In this document: positions 18,892 to 27,866 of the stretch, one piece after another
Numbering within the stretch: the first letter of the stretch is position 1
Layout: every line of letters begins with the position of its first letter
Source of the DNA: an uncultured Gammaproteobacteria bacterium
GTDB lineage: Bacteria; Patescibacteriota; Patescibacteriia; Magasanikbacterales; GWA2-37-8
Reading direction: 5' to 3'
DNA: 64,000 bases
Assembly: GCA_964355175.1 (NCBI GenBank)
Contig: CAYHBZ010000001.1
Coordinates: forward strand, 368,523-432,522
The notes under the pieces: generated by a model
What the model was told of the DNA's origin: nothing
Database searches by the model: none
The model's input: only the letters and a program-made list of their open reading frames with translations
Made by a program: the position numbers and the translations under genes

Positions 18892-20520
18892 TTATCTGGT
18901 AATACTAATTGCTTCAGCGTTTTCCGCACTACAAGCCTGAACATTTATTCTACCACCGGCTGTTTTTTGAATGGCGTAATATGTCTGGCTGTTACTGCCA
19001 GTTTTAGGATCAAACGGTAGAGAGGTGATATAAGTCGGAGCTAGCGCGGACGAAAGATCCAAACAAGCGGCGGCAGTGGTGGATGATGGAGAAGATCCGC
19101 CGCTTGAACCACTAGTACTCCCACTAATTATAGCACTTTTTAGCTCAGGAGTTAAGGCGGAATCGACGGTGTCTAGAAATGCTTTGTATTGGAAATATCG
19201 ATTATTAGAAATATTGGCGAGGGATACTGATGGAGTCGAATTGGAAGTATTGGAAGCTTCAGAATAATAGGTGTTGGCAGTGCCATCAGGACCAAAAAAT
19301 GTACCGTCAGAACAGTTGGCTTGAGCGCAGGATCTTGCTTGATATTTCAAACTAAGGGCGCCGCGTTTATACATATCACTAACTTCTGTGACAGAAAGAG
19401 CGCGAGAAAATACTGCTACCTCATCAATTAAACCTTGAAAAAAACGATTACTACTGTAGGTCGATCCAATTCTAGGATTGTGTAAAATTATATTATAATT
19501 ATTCGAAGTGGTTTCAGATTCTTTGACACCGTTTACATACACTGTAGCTTTACTGGTAGCATTATTTAAAGTATAAACTAAATGATACCACTGATTGAGA
19601 CTAACAGCCGTAGTAGAAAATACAAACGCACCGTTATTTAAAGCACACTGGACCAAATTGCTAGTATTATTTAATTGACAATGTAAATCACCGCCTGCCC
19701 AACCTTGGCTACCAAACAAACCGCGCATTTCACCTGATACTCCAGTGGATTTAAACCACATGGCAACAGAAAAATTAGTAAAATTACTATTATTTAAAGG
19801 AATTCCAATAAAATCTCCCGACCCGTCAAAACTTCCGCCGGTTCCAAACTTTGCACTGGCCGCCATAGCAGGACAACCATTGCCGCTACAGGTACCATTA
19901 TTATTGTTTCCGGAATTGTCGACAAAACTAGTCGCACCGCTGCTTTCGTCCAAATGCATCAATAAGACATTGCCATTCATACTCACATTCCCCGTTGGAT
20001 AGCCGGTCTCTGCAGCACCGCTGTTTGACAAGGCTTTACCTGTCGGCCTATTTGGCACCCAGGCAAGCGTGGACCAAGCGGCGCTGGCAGCAGCATCTTT
20101 AATGTCTGAGGTATAGGAACCACCAGTCTGTCCAACCGAAAGATTTAATAAAGAATTATTTGTGTTGTAAGTAGTATTACTATATGTACCGGCGAAAGTT
20201 GATTGACTATTATCAGTCATGGATACAGGACCGCCACTGCTGGTAGCACTACTGCCACCACAAACAACATCACATCCGGAATTGGCAGTGCCCAGCATTC
20301 TGAGATTGGTGTCGATGTTATTCGGAAACAAACCATCATTATCGAGAGAGTACTGATAAATAGCATTCAATATAGTACTGAGATCGCTTTTTCTGGCGGC
20401 GTTTCTCACTTGTGCCAATTGTTTTCCAGGATTAATGGCAACAATAACTATGCCGGCTAATATCGCAATAGCGGCTACGACTAACAGAATTTCTAATAAT
20501 GTAAAAGCTTTTTTATTCAC
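18892..20520 (-). CDS. type IV pilin-like protein with central LamG_3 (concanavalin-A-like) domain, paralog 1
   Basis: Class III signal peptide and conserved pilin helix (KKAFTLLEILLVVAAIAILAGIVIVAINP). Central region with the LamG_3 signature (…NQWYHLVYT…YVNGV…GLIDEVAVFSRALSVTEV). C-terminal module shared with the other paralogs. Confidence 0.75.
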   Translation of the reverse strand: MNKKAFTLLEILLVVAAIAILAGIVIVAINPGKQLAQVRNAARKSDLSTILNAIYQYSLDNDGLFPNNIDTNLRMLGTANSGCDVVCGGSSATSSGGPVSMTDNSQSTFAGTYSNTTYNTNNSLLNLSVGQTGGSYTSDIKDAAASAAWSTLAWVPNRPTGKALSNSGAAETGYPTGNVSMNGNVLLMHLDESSGATSFVDNSGNNNNGTCSGNGCPAMAASAKFGTGGSFDGSGDFIGIPLNNSNFTNFSVAMWFKSTGVSGEMRGLFGSQGWAGGDLHCQLNNTSNLVQCALNNGAFVFSTTAVSLNQWYHLVYTLNNATSKATVYVNGVKESETTSNNYNIILHNPRIGSTYSSNRFFQGLIDEVAVFSRALSVTEVSDMYKRGALSLKYQARSCAQANCSDGTFFGPDGTANTYYSEASNTSNSTPSVSLANISNNRYFQYKAFLDTVDSALTPELKSAIISGSTSGSSGGSSPSSTTAAACLDLSSALAPTYITSLPFDPKTGSNSQTYYAIQKTAGGRINVQACSAENAEAISITR

Positions 20521-20528
20521 ACAAAAAA

Positions 20529-22172
20529 TTATTTTGTTACAGTTATTGCTTCTCCGTTTTCAGGAGAACACGACTGCACATTAATACGACCGGCGGCGGT
20601 TTTTTTCACAGCGTAATAAGTTTTGGCACTATCGCCCACCTTTGGATCAAACGGAATAGAAGTGATATAGGTTGGCGCCAGCGCGGAAGAAATATCCAAA
20701 CAAGCGGCCGCTGTAGACGACGAAGCACCCACACTGCCTTGCACCACAGTCTGCGTACCGGCCAGATCCACACTCTTTAATTCCGGCGTCATTGATGTAG
20801 CAGGAGAATCAAAAAAAGTTTTATACTGAAAATATTGATTACTACCAATATTACTAAGTGATAAGGACGGAGTGGAAATAGATGTATTACTACTTTCTGA
20901 ATAATAAGTATTGACTGTATTGTCCGGACCAATAAATGTACCGTCTGAACAATTGGCTTGAGCGCAGCTTCGGACTTGGTATTTCAATGATAGGGCGCCG
21001 CGTTTGTACATATCAGTTACTTCTGTAGCTGACATAGAACGATTAAAAATAATTGCCTCATCCACCAAGCCATTATATTGGCCAAATCCCAACTGAATTG
21101 GGGTAGTGTTATTCCTAATACTAGTAAAGGCAAAATTCTTTGTAGACAACAAAACTCCGTTTAAATAAATTTTTCCTACACCATTATCAAAAGTAAAAAT
21201 TATATGTTGCCAGGCATTATCACCTATCCAAGTACCGTCCTGATATTCATAAGTAGTGCCAGCTGGATTAACTAAAAATACTCGCCAATAAACATTGCCG
21301 CTAATAGAGAAAGATCCATTACTAGGATTAAAACCAGCACCTTTTCCAATAATATGTCCGTAGCTTGGCCAACTGCTGGTAGCCACACTATTAAACCAAG
21401 CACCGAATGTAAGTTGATTAGAAAAAGTTAAGCTGGTACTATTTGGAACTGTTATTGGATTAGTACCGGCTTTAAAATTAGCGGCATTACCGAACTTACC
21501 AGATATCATGCTTGGACAGTTTGGATTAACACAATTTCCATTATTATTTTTACCTGAAGTATCTAAAAAAGCGGTGGCACCACTGCTTTCATCTAAATGC
21601 AATAATAATAAATTACCGCTCATATTGGCATTACCGGTGGGATAACCAGTTTCGGCAGCACTATTATTTGGCAAGGACTTTCCTGTAGGACGATTTGGCA
21701 CCCACGCCAAGGTCGTCCAACTAGTGACACCGGCTGAATCTTTTATGTTTGAAGTATATGTACCGGAAGTCTTATTAACCGAAAGGCTCAGCAAACTTGT
21801 ACCATTATTATAATTAGTGTTGGAAAATGTTCCGGAAAAAGTGGATTGGCTATTGTCGGTAATAGCGACTGGCACGGTTTGAGAAGTAGAACTACCGGCT
21901 ACTGGACCACAACTCACTCCACATCCTGATCCACTGGTACCAAGCATTCTCAAATTGGTATCGATAGATCCAGGAAAGGCCCCACTATTATCGAGCGAAT
22001 ACTGATAGATGGAATTTAAAATAGCACTAGCGTCTGATTGCCTAGCGGCATTCCTAGAGGCCGCTAATTGCTTACCTGGATTTATGGCAACAATCACAAT
22101 ACCAGCCAACACCGCAATTGCGGCCACGACTAAAAGAATTTCTAATAATGTAAACCCAGAATTTTTTTTCAT
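20529..22172 (-). CDS. type IV pilin-like protein with LamG_3 domain, paralog 2
   Basis: GFTLLEILLVVAAIAVLAGIVIVAINP N-terminus. Divergent LamG-like middle. Conserved C-terminal ~130 aa. Confidence 0.75.
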   Translation of the reverse strand: MKKNSGFTLLEILLVVAAIAVLAGIVIVAINPGKQLAASRNAARQSDASAILNSIYQYSLDNSGAFPGSIDTNLRMLGTSGSGCGVSCGPVAGSSTSQTVPVAITDNSQSTFSGTFSNTNYNNGTSLLSLSVNKTSGTYTSNIKDSAGVTSWTTLAWVPNRPTGKSLPNNSAAETGYPTGNANMSGNLLLLHLDESSGATAFLDTSGKNNNGNCVNPNCPSMISGKFGNAANFKAGTNPITVPNSTSLTFSNQLTFGAWFNSVATSSWPSYGHIIGKGAGFNPSNGSFSISGNVYWRVFLVNPAGTTYEYQDGTWIGDNAWQHIIFTFDNGVGKIYLNGVLLSTKNFAFTSIRNNTTPIQLGFGQYNGLVDEAIIFNRSMSATEVTDMYKRGALSLKYQVRSCAQANCSDGTFIGPDNTVNTYYSESSNTSISTPSLSLSNIGSNQYFQYKTFFDSPATSMTPELKSVDLAGTQTVVQGSVGASSSTAAACLDISSALAPTYITSIPFDPKVGDSAKTYYAVKKTAAGRINVQSCSPENGEAITVTK

Positions 22173-22175
22173 CTT

Positions 22176-23810
22176 CTATTTTGTTAGACTAATGGCCTCG
22201 CCATTCTCCACTGAACAAGCTTGAACATTTATTCTACCGCCAGCTGTTTTTTTTGCAGCATAATATGTTTGGCTGTTGCTACCGGTTTTGGGATCAAATG
22301 GCAGGGATGTAATATAGGTTGGTGCAAGAGCTGACGAAAGATCTAAACAAGCGGCTGCGGTGGTGGATGAAGATCCTCCGCCAGAACCACTAGTACTCCC
22401 ACTAATTACAGCACTTTTTAGCTCAGGAGTTAAGGCAGAATCAGTGGTGTCTAGAAATGCTTTGTATTGGAAATATCGATTGTTGGAAATATTGGTGAGA
22501 GATAGTGATGGAGTGGCGTTGGAAGTGTTGGAAGCTTCGGAATAATAGGTGTTGGTAGTGCCATCAGGACCAAAAAATGTACCGTCAGAACAGTTGGCTT
22601 GAGCGCAGGATCTAGTTTGAAATTTTAGACTTAGAACACCGCGTTTGTAAATGTCTGAGATTTCTGTGGCGGATAGGGATCGGTTGAAGACAGACGCTTC
22701 ATCGATGGTGCCGGTAAAATTATATGCCAAAACACCTGATTCCCCACCACTAAAATCCGTTCCGATATGGGCTACCGCGTTATTAATTCTAGGTTGACCG
22801 GTCTGAGAAGAACTGCCATCCAACACCCCGTTAATATAATATTTTACTGTTGCGCCATCCCAGGTAGCACTAATTAAAGACCATTGATTTAAATTTACTG
22901 CTCCGGTTCCAATATTGGCCGCTCCACCTACCCACAGTTGTATTCTACCGGTATTATTATACAACCCAAACCAATAGGCGGTGGCATGAGCTTTGGCTAT
23001 TACTGTATGATAGGTATGATCAGAAAAAGATGTTGGATAAATCCAAGCACTCCATGTGCCTTGACCCACATCCAAACTATTACTGTCAGCAACATTTAAA
23101 TAGGTGTTATTAAAATTACCAGCTGTACCAAATTTTCCAATTTGACCCATCGTAGGACAGGCGTTACCACTACAAGTCGCATTATTACCACTCCCCGAAC
23201 TATCGGAAAATGTAGTTGCTCCAAGAGCTTCGTTCAAATGTAGAAGTAAAACATTGCCGTTCATATTGATATTGCCGGCTGGATAACCACTTTCAGTAGC
23301 GCTATTATTTGGCAAGGCTTTGTTGGTAGGACGATTTGGGGTCCAAGCAAGAGAAGACCAAGTCGCGCTAGCAGTAGTGTCTTTAATGTCTGAGGTATAG
23401 GTGCCTGAGGTTTGGGACGAAGAAAGGTTTATTAAACTAGTATTGGTGTTGTAAATGGTGTTGGCATATATACCAGCAAAGGTTGATTGGCTATTGTCGG
23501 TGATGGTGAGAGTGTTACCACTCGAGGAACTACTGCTTGCCCCACCGCAGGATACATTACAACCGGAGGCGGCGGTGCCAATCATTTTTAGATTAGTATC
23601 TATATTATTTGGAAATTGTCCATTGTTATCCAAAGAATATTGATAAATTGAATTTAAAATTGCACTAACATCTGATCTTCTAGCAGTGTTCCTGGTAGCC
23701 GCCAGCTGTCTGGCCGGATTTATTGCCACAATCACAATACCGGCCAACACCGCGATCGCGGCCACGACCAAAAGAATTTCTAATAATGTAAAAGCTTTTG
23801 CTTTTTTCAT
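22176..23810 (-). CDS. type IV pilin-like protein with LamG_3 domain, paralog 3
   Basis: KAFTLLEILLVVAAIAVLAGIVIVAINP N-terminus. Divergent middle. C-terminus ~90% identical to paralogs 1 and 5. Confidence 0.75.
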   Translation of the reverse strand: MKKAKAFTLLEILLVVAAIAVLAGIVIVAINPARQLAATRNTARRSDVSAILNSIYQYSLDNNGQFPNNIDTNLKMIGTAASGCNVSCGGASSSSSSGNTLTITDNSQSTFAGIYANTIYNTNTSLINLSSSQTSGTYTSDIKDTTASATWSSLAWTPNRPTNKALPNNSATESGYPAGNINMNGNVLLLHLNEALGATTFSDSSGSGNNATCSGNACPTMGQIGKFGTAGNFNNTYLNVADSNSLDVGQGTWSAWIYPTSFSDHTYHTVIAKAHATAYWFGLYNNTGRIQLWVGGAANIGTGAVNLNQWSLISATWDGATVKYYINGVLDGSSSQTGQPRINNAVAHIGTDFSGGESGVLAYNFTGTIDEASVFNRSLSATEISDIYKRGVLSLKFQTRSCAQANCSDGTFFGPDGTTNTYYSEASNTSNATPSLSLTNISNNRYFQYKAFLDTTDSALTPELKSAVISGSTSGSGGGSSSTTAAACLDLSSALAPTYITSLPFDPKTGSNSQTYYAAKKTAGGRINVQACSVENGEAISLTK

Positions 23811-23821
23811 TATTTTTTTTA

Positions 23822-24268
23822 TTATCTAGTAACACTGATAGATGCGCTATTTTCGGCAGATGGAGCGCTGACAGTAATGCGTCCATTGGCAGTCTGTAAA
23901 ATTTTATAACCGGTACCATTGGTACTGGCGGCGGTTGGATCGGTTGGAATAGCCGTCAAATAAACTTCGTTTAAAGTAAGTGCGGACAAATCCACTAGGC
24001 CAGCACAACTACCACCGGTCTTACAAACTTCTACCGCGTTCTGAGTAATACCAGATGGCAATGCGCCTTTATTATCAATTGAATATTGATAAACAGCGTT
24101 TAAAATCGTGTTCACATTTACTCTTCTTTGCGCGTTACGAGTATCGGCCAATTGTTTGCCTGGATTGATAGCAATAATTACGATACCGGCCAAAATGGCG
24201 ATAGCGGCCACCACCAATAAAATTTCTAAAAGGGTAAAACCCTTTTTATTTAAATTTTCCATATTCAT
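23822..24268 (-). CDS. short type IV pilin (148 aa) lacking the LamG insert
   Basis: KKGFTLLEILLVVAAIAILAGIVIIAINP prepilin N-terminus. Its C-terminal beta-domain (…TANGRITVSAPSAENSASISVTR) is homologous to the C-terminal module of the large paralogs. Confidence 0.75.
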   Translation of the reverse strand: MNMENLNKKGFTLLEILLVVAAIAILAGIVIIAINPGKQLADTRNAQRRVNVNTILNAVYQYSIDNKGALPSGITQNAVEVCKTGGSCAGLVDLSALTLNEVYLTAIPTDPTAASTNGTGYKILQTANGRITVSAPSAENSASISVTR

Positions 24269-24310
24269 ATTATGAATAATTAATAAATTAATTTTTTAAA
24301 TTAGATATAT

Positions 24311-25996
24311 TTATCTTGTCACACTTATAACTTCAGAATTTTCCGCGCTACAGGCCTGAACATTTATTCTGCCACCAGCGGTCTTTTGAATGGCATAATA
24401 TGTCTGGCTGTTACTACCAGTTTTGGGATCAAATGGTAATGAAGTGATATAAGTTGGAGTCAATGCCGAAGAAAGATTCAAACAAGCGGCAGCGGTGGTG
24501 GACGAAGAAGATCCTCCACTAGAACCACTGGTACTCCCGCTAATTATAACACTTTTTAACTCCGGAGTTAAGGCGGAATCGACGGTATCTAGAAATCCTT
24601 TATATTGGAAATATCGATTATTGGAAATATTAGCGAGAGACAGTGACGGAATAGTATTGGAGGTGTTGGAAGCTTCGGAATAATAGGTATTGGCAGTGCC
24701 GTCGGGGCCGGCGAATGTACCGTCGGAGCAGTTGGCTTGGACACAACTGCGGACTTGGTATTTTAGACTAAGGGCGCCGCGTTTGTAATGGTCGGCAACT
24801 TCGGTTGCAGAAAGGGCGCGGTTATAAAGAGCAAATTCATCCAATGTACCACTAAAAAAATAATTTGTTCCGGCTCCGCGGTCGCCAAAATAAATTGGCT
24901 GATTACCAAAATTATTGGTATTATTGGCATTCAGACCACTGTTTGTGCCGGTAGTTTTTGATCCATTTATATAGGTAGAGACTTCGTTGGTTGGCAAACT
25001 TTTATCAAACACTACCACCACATGATACCAAACATTGGTCTGTAAAATATTATCAGCCACCCAAACAGAATAATACACATTGCCTCGTACGCCGGCTCCA
25101 ATTTTACCGTTAGGATTGATCGATACAACGTAACCATCGGAAACATTATTATAATTTGTAGAAGCTTCAAAAATTTGTTCACCGACAGCTGGTGTCAAGG
25201 AAGCAGGTTTAAACCAAAAAGATACCGATATTTTGTTGGTAGCCGAGACATCTACCGGACCAGTCTTGGCATAGTCATCTACCCCATCAAACTTTACACC
25301 TGTGCCAAAAATTCCACTTGATTGATAAGTTAATCCATTAAAAGTAGCGGCATTATTACCACTGCCAGATAAATCTTGCCAAGCTCCGCTCGCTTCATCC
25401 AGGTGATACAAAAGTACATCCCCACTCATGTTAGCATTCCCACTTGGATAACCGGTTTCAGTGGCACCAGAGTTTGGCAATGGTTTATTGGTAGGACGAT
25501 TTGGTATCCAAGCCAATGTAGACCAAGTGGCACTGGCGGTGGCGTCTTTAATGTCTGAAGTATACGTACCAGGGGTTTGGTTGGCAGAGAGATTTAAGAG
25601 ATTATTATTTGTATTGTAAGTGGTGTTGCTGTAAGTACCGGCAAAAGTGGATTGACTATTATCGGTAATGGATACAGGACCACCACTGCTGGTGGCACTA
25701 CTGGCACCACAAGAAACATTACAACCGGAATTTGATGTACCGAGCATCCTTAGGTTAGTATCGATGGTGTTTGGGACCAACCCAGTATTATCTATCGCGT
25801 ATTGATAAATTGCGTTTAAAATTGCGCTCACATCACTACGACGAGCAGCATTTCTTGTTTGGGCTAATTGTTTGGCCGGATTTATTGCAACCACAACTAT
25901 ACCGGCTAAAATGGCAATAGCGGCCACTACCAGAAGAATTTCTAGCAAAGTGAAACCAGTTTTAATTTTATAACATTTATGCTCCATAATTACCAA
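24311..25996 (-). CDS. type IV pilin-like protein with LamG_3 domain, paralog 4 (561 aa)
   Basis: TGFTLLEILLVVAAIAILAGIVVVAINP N-terminus. LamG-like middle (…FDGVDDY…WYHVVVVFD…YINGS…). Conserved C-terminus. Confidence 0.75.
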   Translation of the reverse strand: MVIMEHKCYKIKTGFTLLEILLVVAAIAILAGIVVVAINPAKQLAQTRNAARRSDVSAILNAIYQYAIDNTGLVPNTIDTNLRMLGTSNSGCNVSCGASSATSSGGPVSITDNSQSTFAGTYSNTTYNTNNNLLNLSANQTPGTYTSDIKDATASATWSTLAWIPNRPTNKPLPNSGATETGYPSGNANMSGDVLLYHLDEASGAWQDLSGSGNNAATFNGLTYQSSGIFGTGVKFDGVDDYAKTGPVDVSATNKISVSFWFKPASLTPAVGEQIFEASTNYNNVSDGYVVSINPNGKIGAGVRGNVYYSVWVADNILQTNVWYHVVVVFDKSLPTNEVSTYINGSKTTGTNSGLNANNTNNFGNQPIYFGDRGAGTNYFFSGTLDEFALYNRALSATEVADHYKRGALSLKYQVRSCVQANCSDGTFAGPDGTANTYYSEASNTSNTIPSLSLANISNNRYFQYKGFLDTVDSALTPELKSVIISGSTSGSSGGSSSSTTAAACLNLSSALTPTYITSLPFDPKTGSNSQTYYAIQKTAGGRINVQACSAENSEVISVTR

Positions 25997-26025
25997 ATAT
26001 TATAACACACTTTTGGACCATAAAA

Positions 26026-26442
26026 TTAAAAATTTGAAACTTCCTGCCAAGAATCCACTACTATGACCGGCGCAATCTGACTCACAGATACTTTTACCTT
26101 ACGAACTACCGATCCAATAGTAGCGCTAGATTGGATCACGCGACTTTGTTCTGAATTTATTATAATTTCATAACTACAGGTATCGCCGTCAATCTGTACA
26201 CTCCCTGCTCCGTTAATTATGGAGCAAAGTTGAACATGGTTGAGCGCCGATTCTGCGCAAGCATTAGCCAAAGTTTTGGCACGCGCGGACTGCTCAAGCA
26301 AAAAACTATTTTGATAGGAATATAGACCGGACAAAATCAAATACAAGGCCACGGCCACACCAAAAGCACCGACGATTAATACGCCGATAAGTACCGCGAA
26401 TCCGGAATTATTTTTTGTACTAGCGGATATTGGCAGTCGCAT
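26026..26442 (-). CDS. pilus-associated small membrane protein (minor-pilin-like / PilX-like)
   Basis: N-terminal hydrophobic segment after NNSGFAVLIGVLIVGA. Lacks the E5. Sits in the minor pilin block. Confidence 0.4.
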   Translation of the reverse strand: MRLPISASTKNNSGFAVLIGVLIVGAFGVAVALYLILSGLYSYQNSFLLEQSARAKTLANACAESALNHVQLCSIINGAGSVQIDGDTCSYEIIINSEQSRVIQSSATIGSVVRKVKVSVSQIAPVIVVDSWQEVSNF

Positions 26443-27004
26443 AAAAAGTTTGGGTATAGCTATATTGATTTAGCCCAGATGAATTTTTATAATTTAGATC
26501 AAATTGAATTTTAATGGAATCGTGAGAGGCAGCTCCTAAATTTTTTACCTGCCAGTTGGAAATTTGAATCTTGGAGGGATTTAAAAAATAATCTTTACTA
26601 TTTTTATTCAAAAATAAAGTGGTGCTGACTACGCTGAGCTGTTCAGACTGGCCATTGATATCCTGAAACTGCAATACGACGGCGGTATTGCCTACGGCCG
26701 GAGCCGTAATAATTTTCGCGTTATTAATCTCTTGGGTAATAATCTGAATAATCTGGGCACCTTGTTGCTCTACCATACTCATACTCTGATTTTTTACGCG
26801 TGATTGAATAAGCAGAGCCACCAAAGCCACAATGGACAACAAAATAACACTGGCTACAAAAACATACAGTAGTAACTCCAGCAATGTAAATCCTTGATTG
26901 TCATTTTGAATGCTCTGCATAAATATTTTATGGACAAAACTCCGTGCTGGTACCGGTACTGGTAGCAGTACGCCAATCAGTAAATAAAGTGGAAAAAGAT
27001 ACAT
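26420..27004 (-). CDS. prepilin-type N-terminal cleavage/methylation domain protein (minor pilin)
   Basis: QGFTLLELLLYVFVASVILLSIVAL class III signal peptide. Confidence 0.6.
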   Translation of the reverse strand: MYLFPLYLLIGVLLPVPVPARSFVHKIFMQSIQNDNQGFTLLELLLYVFVASVILLSIVALVALLIQSRVKNQSMSMVEQQGAQIIQIITQEINNAKIITAPAVGNTAVVLQFQDINGQSEQLSVVSTTLFLNKNSKDYFLNPSKIQISNWQVKNLGAASHDSIKIQFDLNYKNSSGLNQYSYTQTFYATANIR

Positions 27005-27386
27005 TAATAGTATTGGAACCGGTTTGCTTCCATTCTACTTGAGATGTTACTTTTTTTATTTGAGAATTCACATCGGCAATACTAATAGTGCGCTTAAAAA
27101 TATCCGTGACATCCGGCTGAGCCGCCAGTGTCCACTGACCACTACTTGCCAGACCAAAATTCCCTGGTGTTAAATTCGCAAAATTATGATCACGAATACT
27201 GCGCGCCGCTTCGAGCCCTTCCTGAGCCAGCGAAATAGCATGGTTTCTTTGTCCGGCACGGATGGTACTTTGCTGACCATAAGTCAAAATACCCAAAAAA
27301 ATCAAAGACAACAACGCTAGAAGTCCGCTGGCCAGGACTATTTCCACCAGAGAAAAACCTTGATAATTTTTTATATTTTTTATCAT
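26928..27386 (-). CDS. prepilin-type minor pilin
   Basis: QGFSLVEIVLASGLLALLSL class III signal peptide. Confidence 0.6.
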   Translation of the reverse strand: MIKNIKNYQGFSLVEIVLASGLLALLSLIFLGILTYGQQSTIRAGQRNHAISLAQEGLEAARSIRDHNFANLTPGNFGLASSGQWTLAAQPDVTDIFKRTISIADVNSQIKKVTSQVEWKQTGSNTINVSFSTLFTDWRTATSTGTSTEFCP

Positions 27387-27865
27387 AGGCCAATAATACC
27401 AAGTTCGCTAACAGAAACATTCTTTTTACGACCATCCTGGTGAGTTATAATTATAGTACCAGACGAGGTAGTCCATCCGAAAAATTTACTAAACACGACT
27501 TCATTTAAACCGGATAATTTTATAGTGGCGGTCATTTTATAATTTTCATCAAAATTTTGATCGCGTCCGGCAAAGTTATTTCCTTTAAAAAGAGTAGCCG
27601 TACTACTCACCATCTCCACTCCCCAATCAGAATCCCCATCCACGGCCTGGGCGCGAATTTGTCCGCGATGCAAAACATCCGATACGGTAGTAGCCGCAAT
27701 TGACACCTCATTCTCTGCCTGCAAAGACAGATACATAGGAGCGGCAATGCCCGCCAATAGGCTTATCAAAGCCACTGATAACAATAATTCCAAAAGTGTA
27801 AAGCCATTTTTTTGTGAAAATGGCTTTGGAGCATATATGATTTTTTTTACCAAAAAAAATTTCAT
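27383..27865 (-). CDS. prepilin-type minor pilin (GspH/FimT-like)
   Basis: NGFTLLELLLSVALISLLAGIAAPMY class III signal peptide. Confidence 0.6.
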   Translation of the reverse strand: MKFFLVKKIIYAPKPFSQKNGFTLLELLLSVALISLLAGIAAPMYLSLQAENEVSIAATTVSDVLHRGQIRAQAVDGDSDWGVEMVSSTATLFKGNNFAGRDQNFDENYKMTATIKLSGLNEVVFSKFFGWTTSSGTIIITHQDGRKKNVSVSELGIIGL

Positions 27866-27866
27866 A

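Noticed and set aside
19076-19267. Plus-strand ORFs of 61-63 aa recurring inside the pilin genes (19076-19267, 22360-22545, 24495-24683), all reading MVD…PLEPLVLPLI…
   Set aside because: They are the antisense shadow of the highly conserved 3' ends of the minus-strand pilin paralogs, always 184 nt from the stop. I used them as evidence of DNA-level identity, not as genes.
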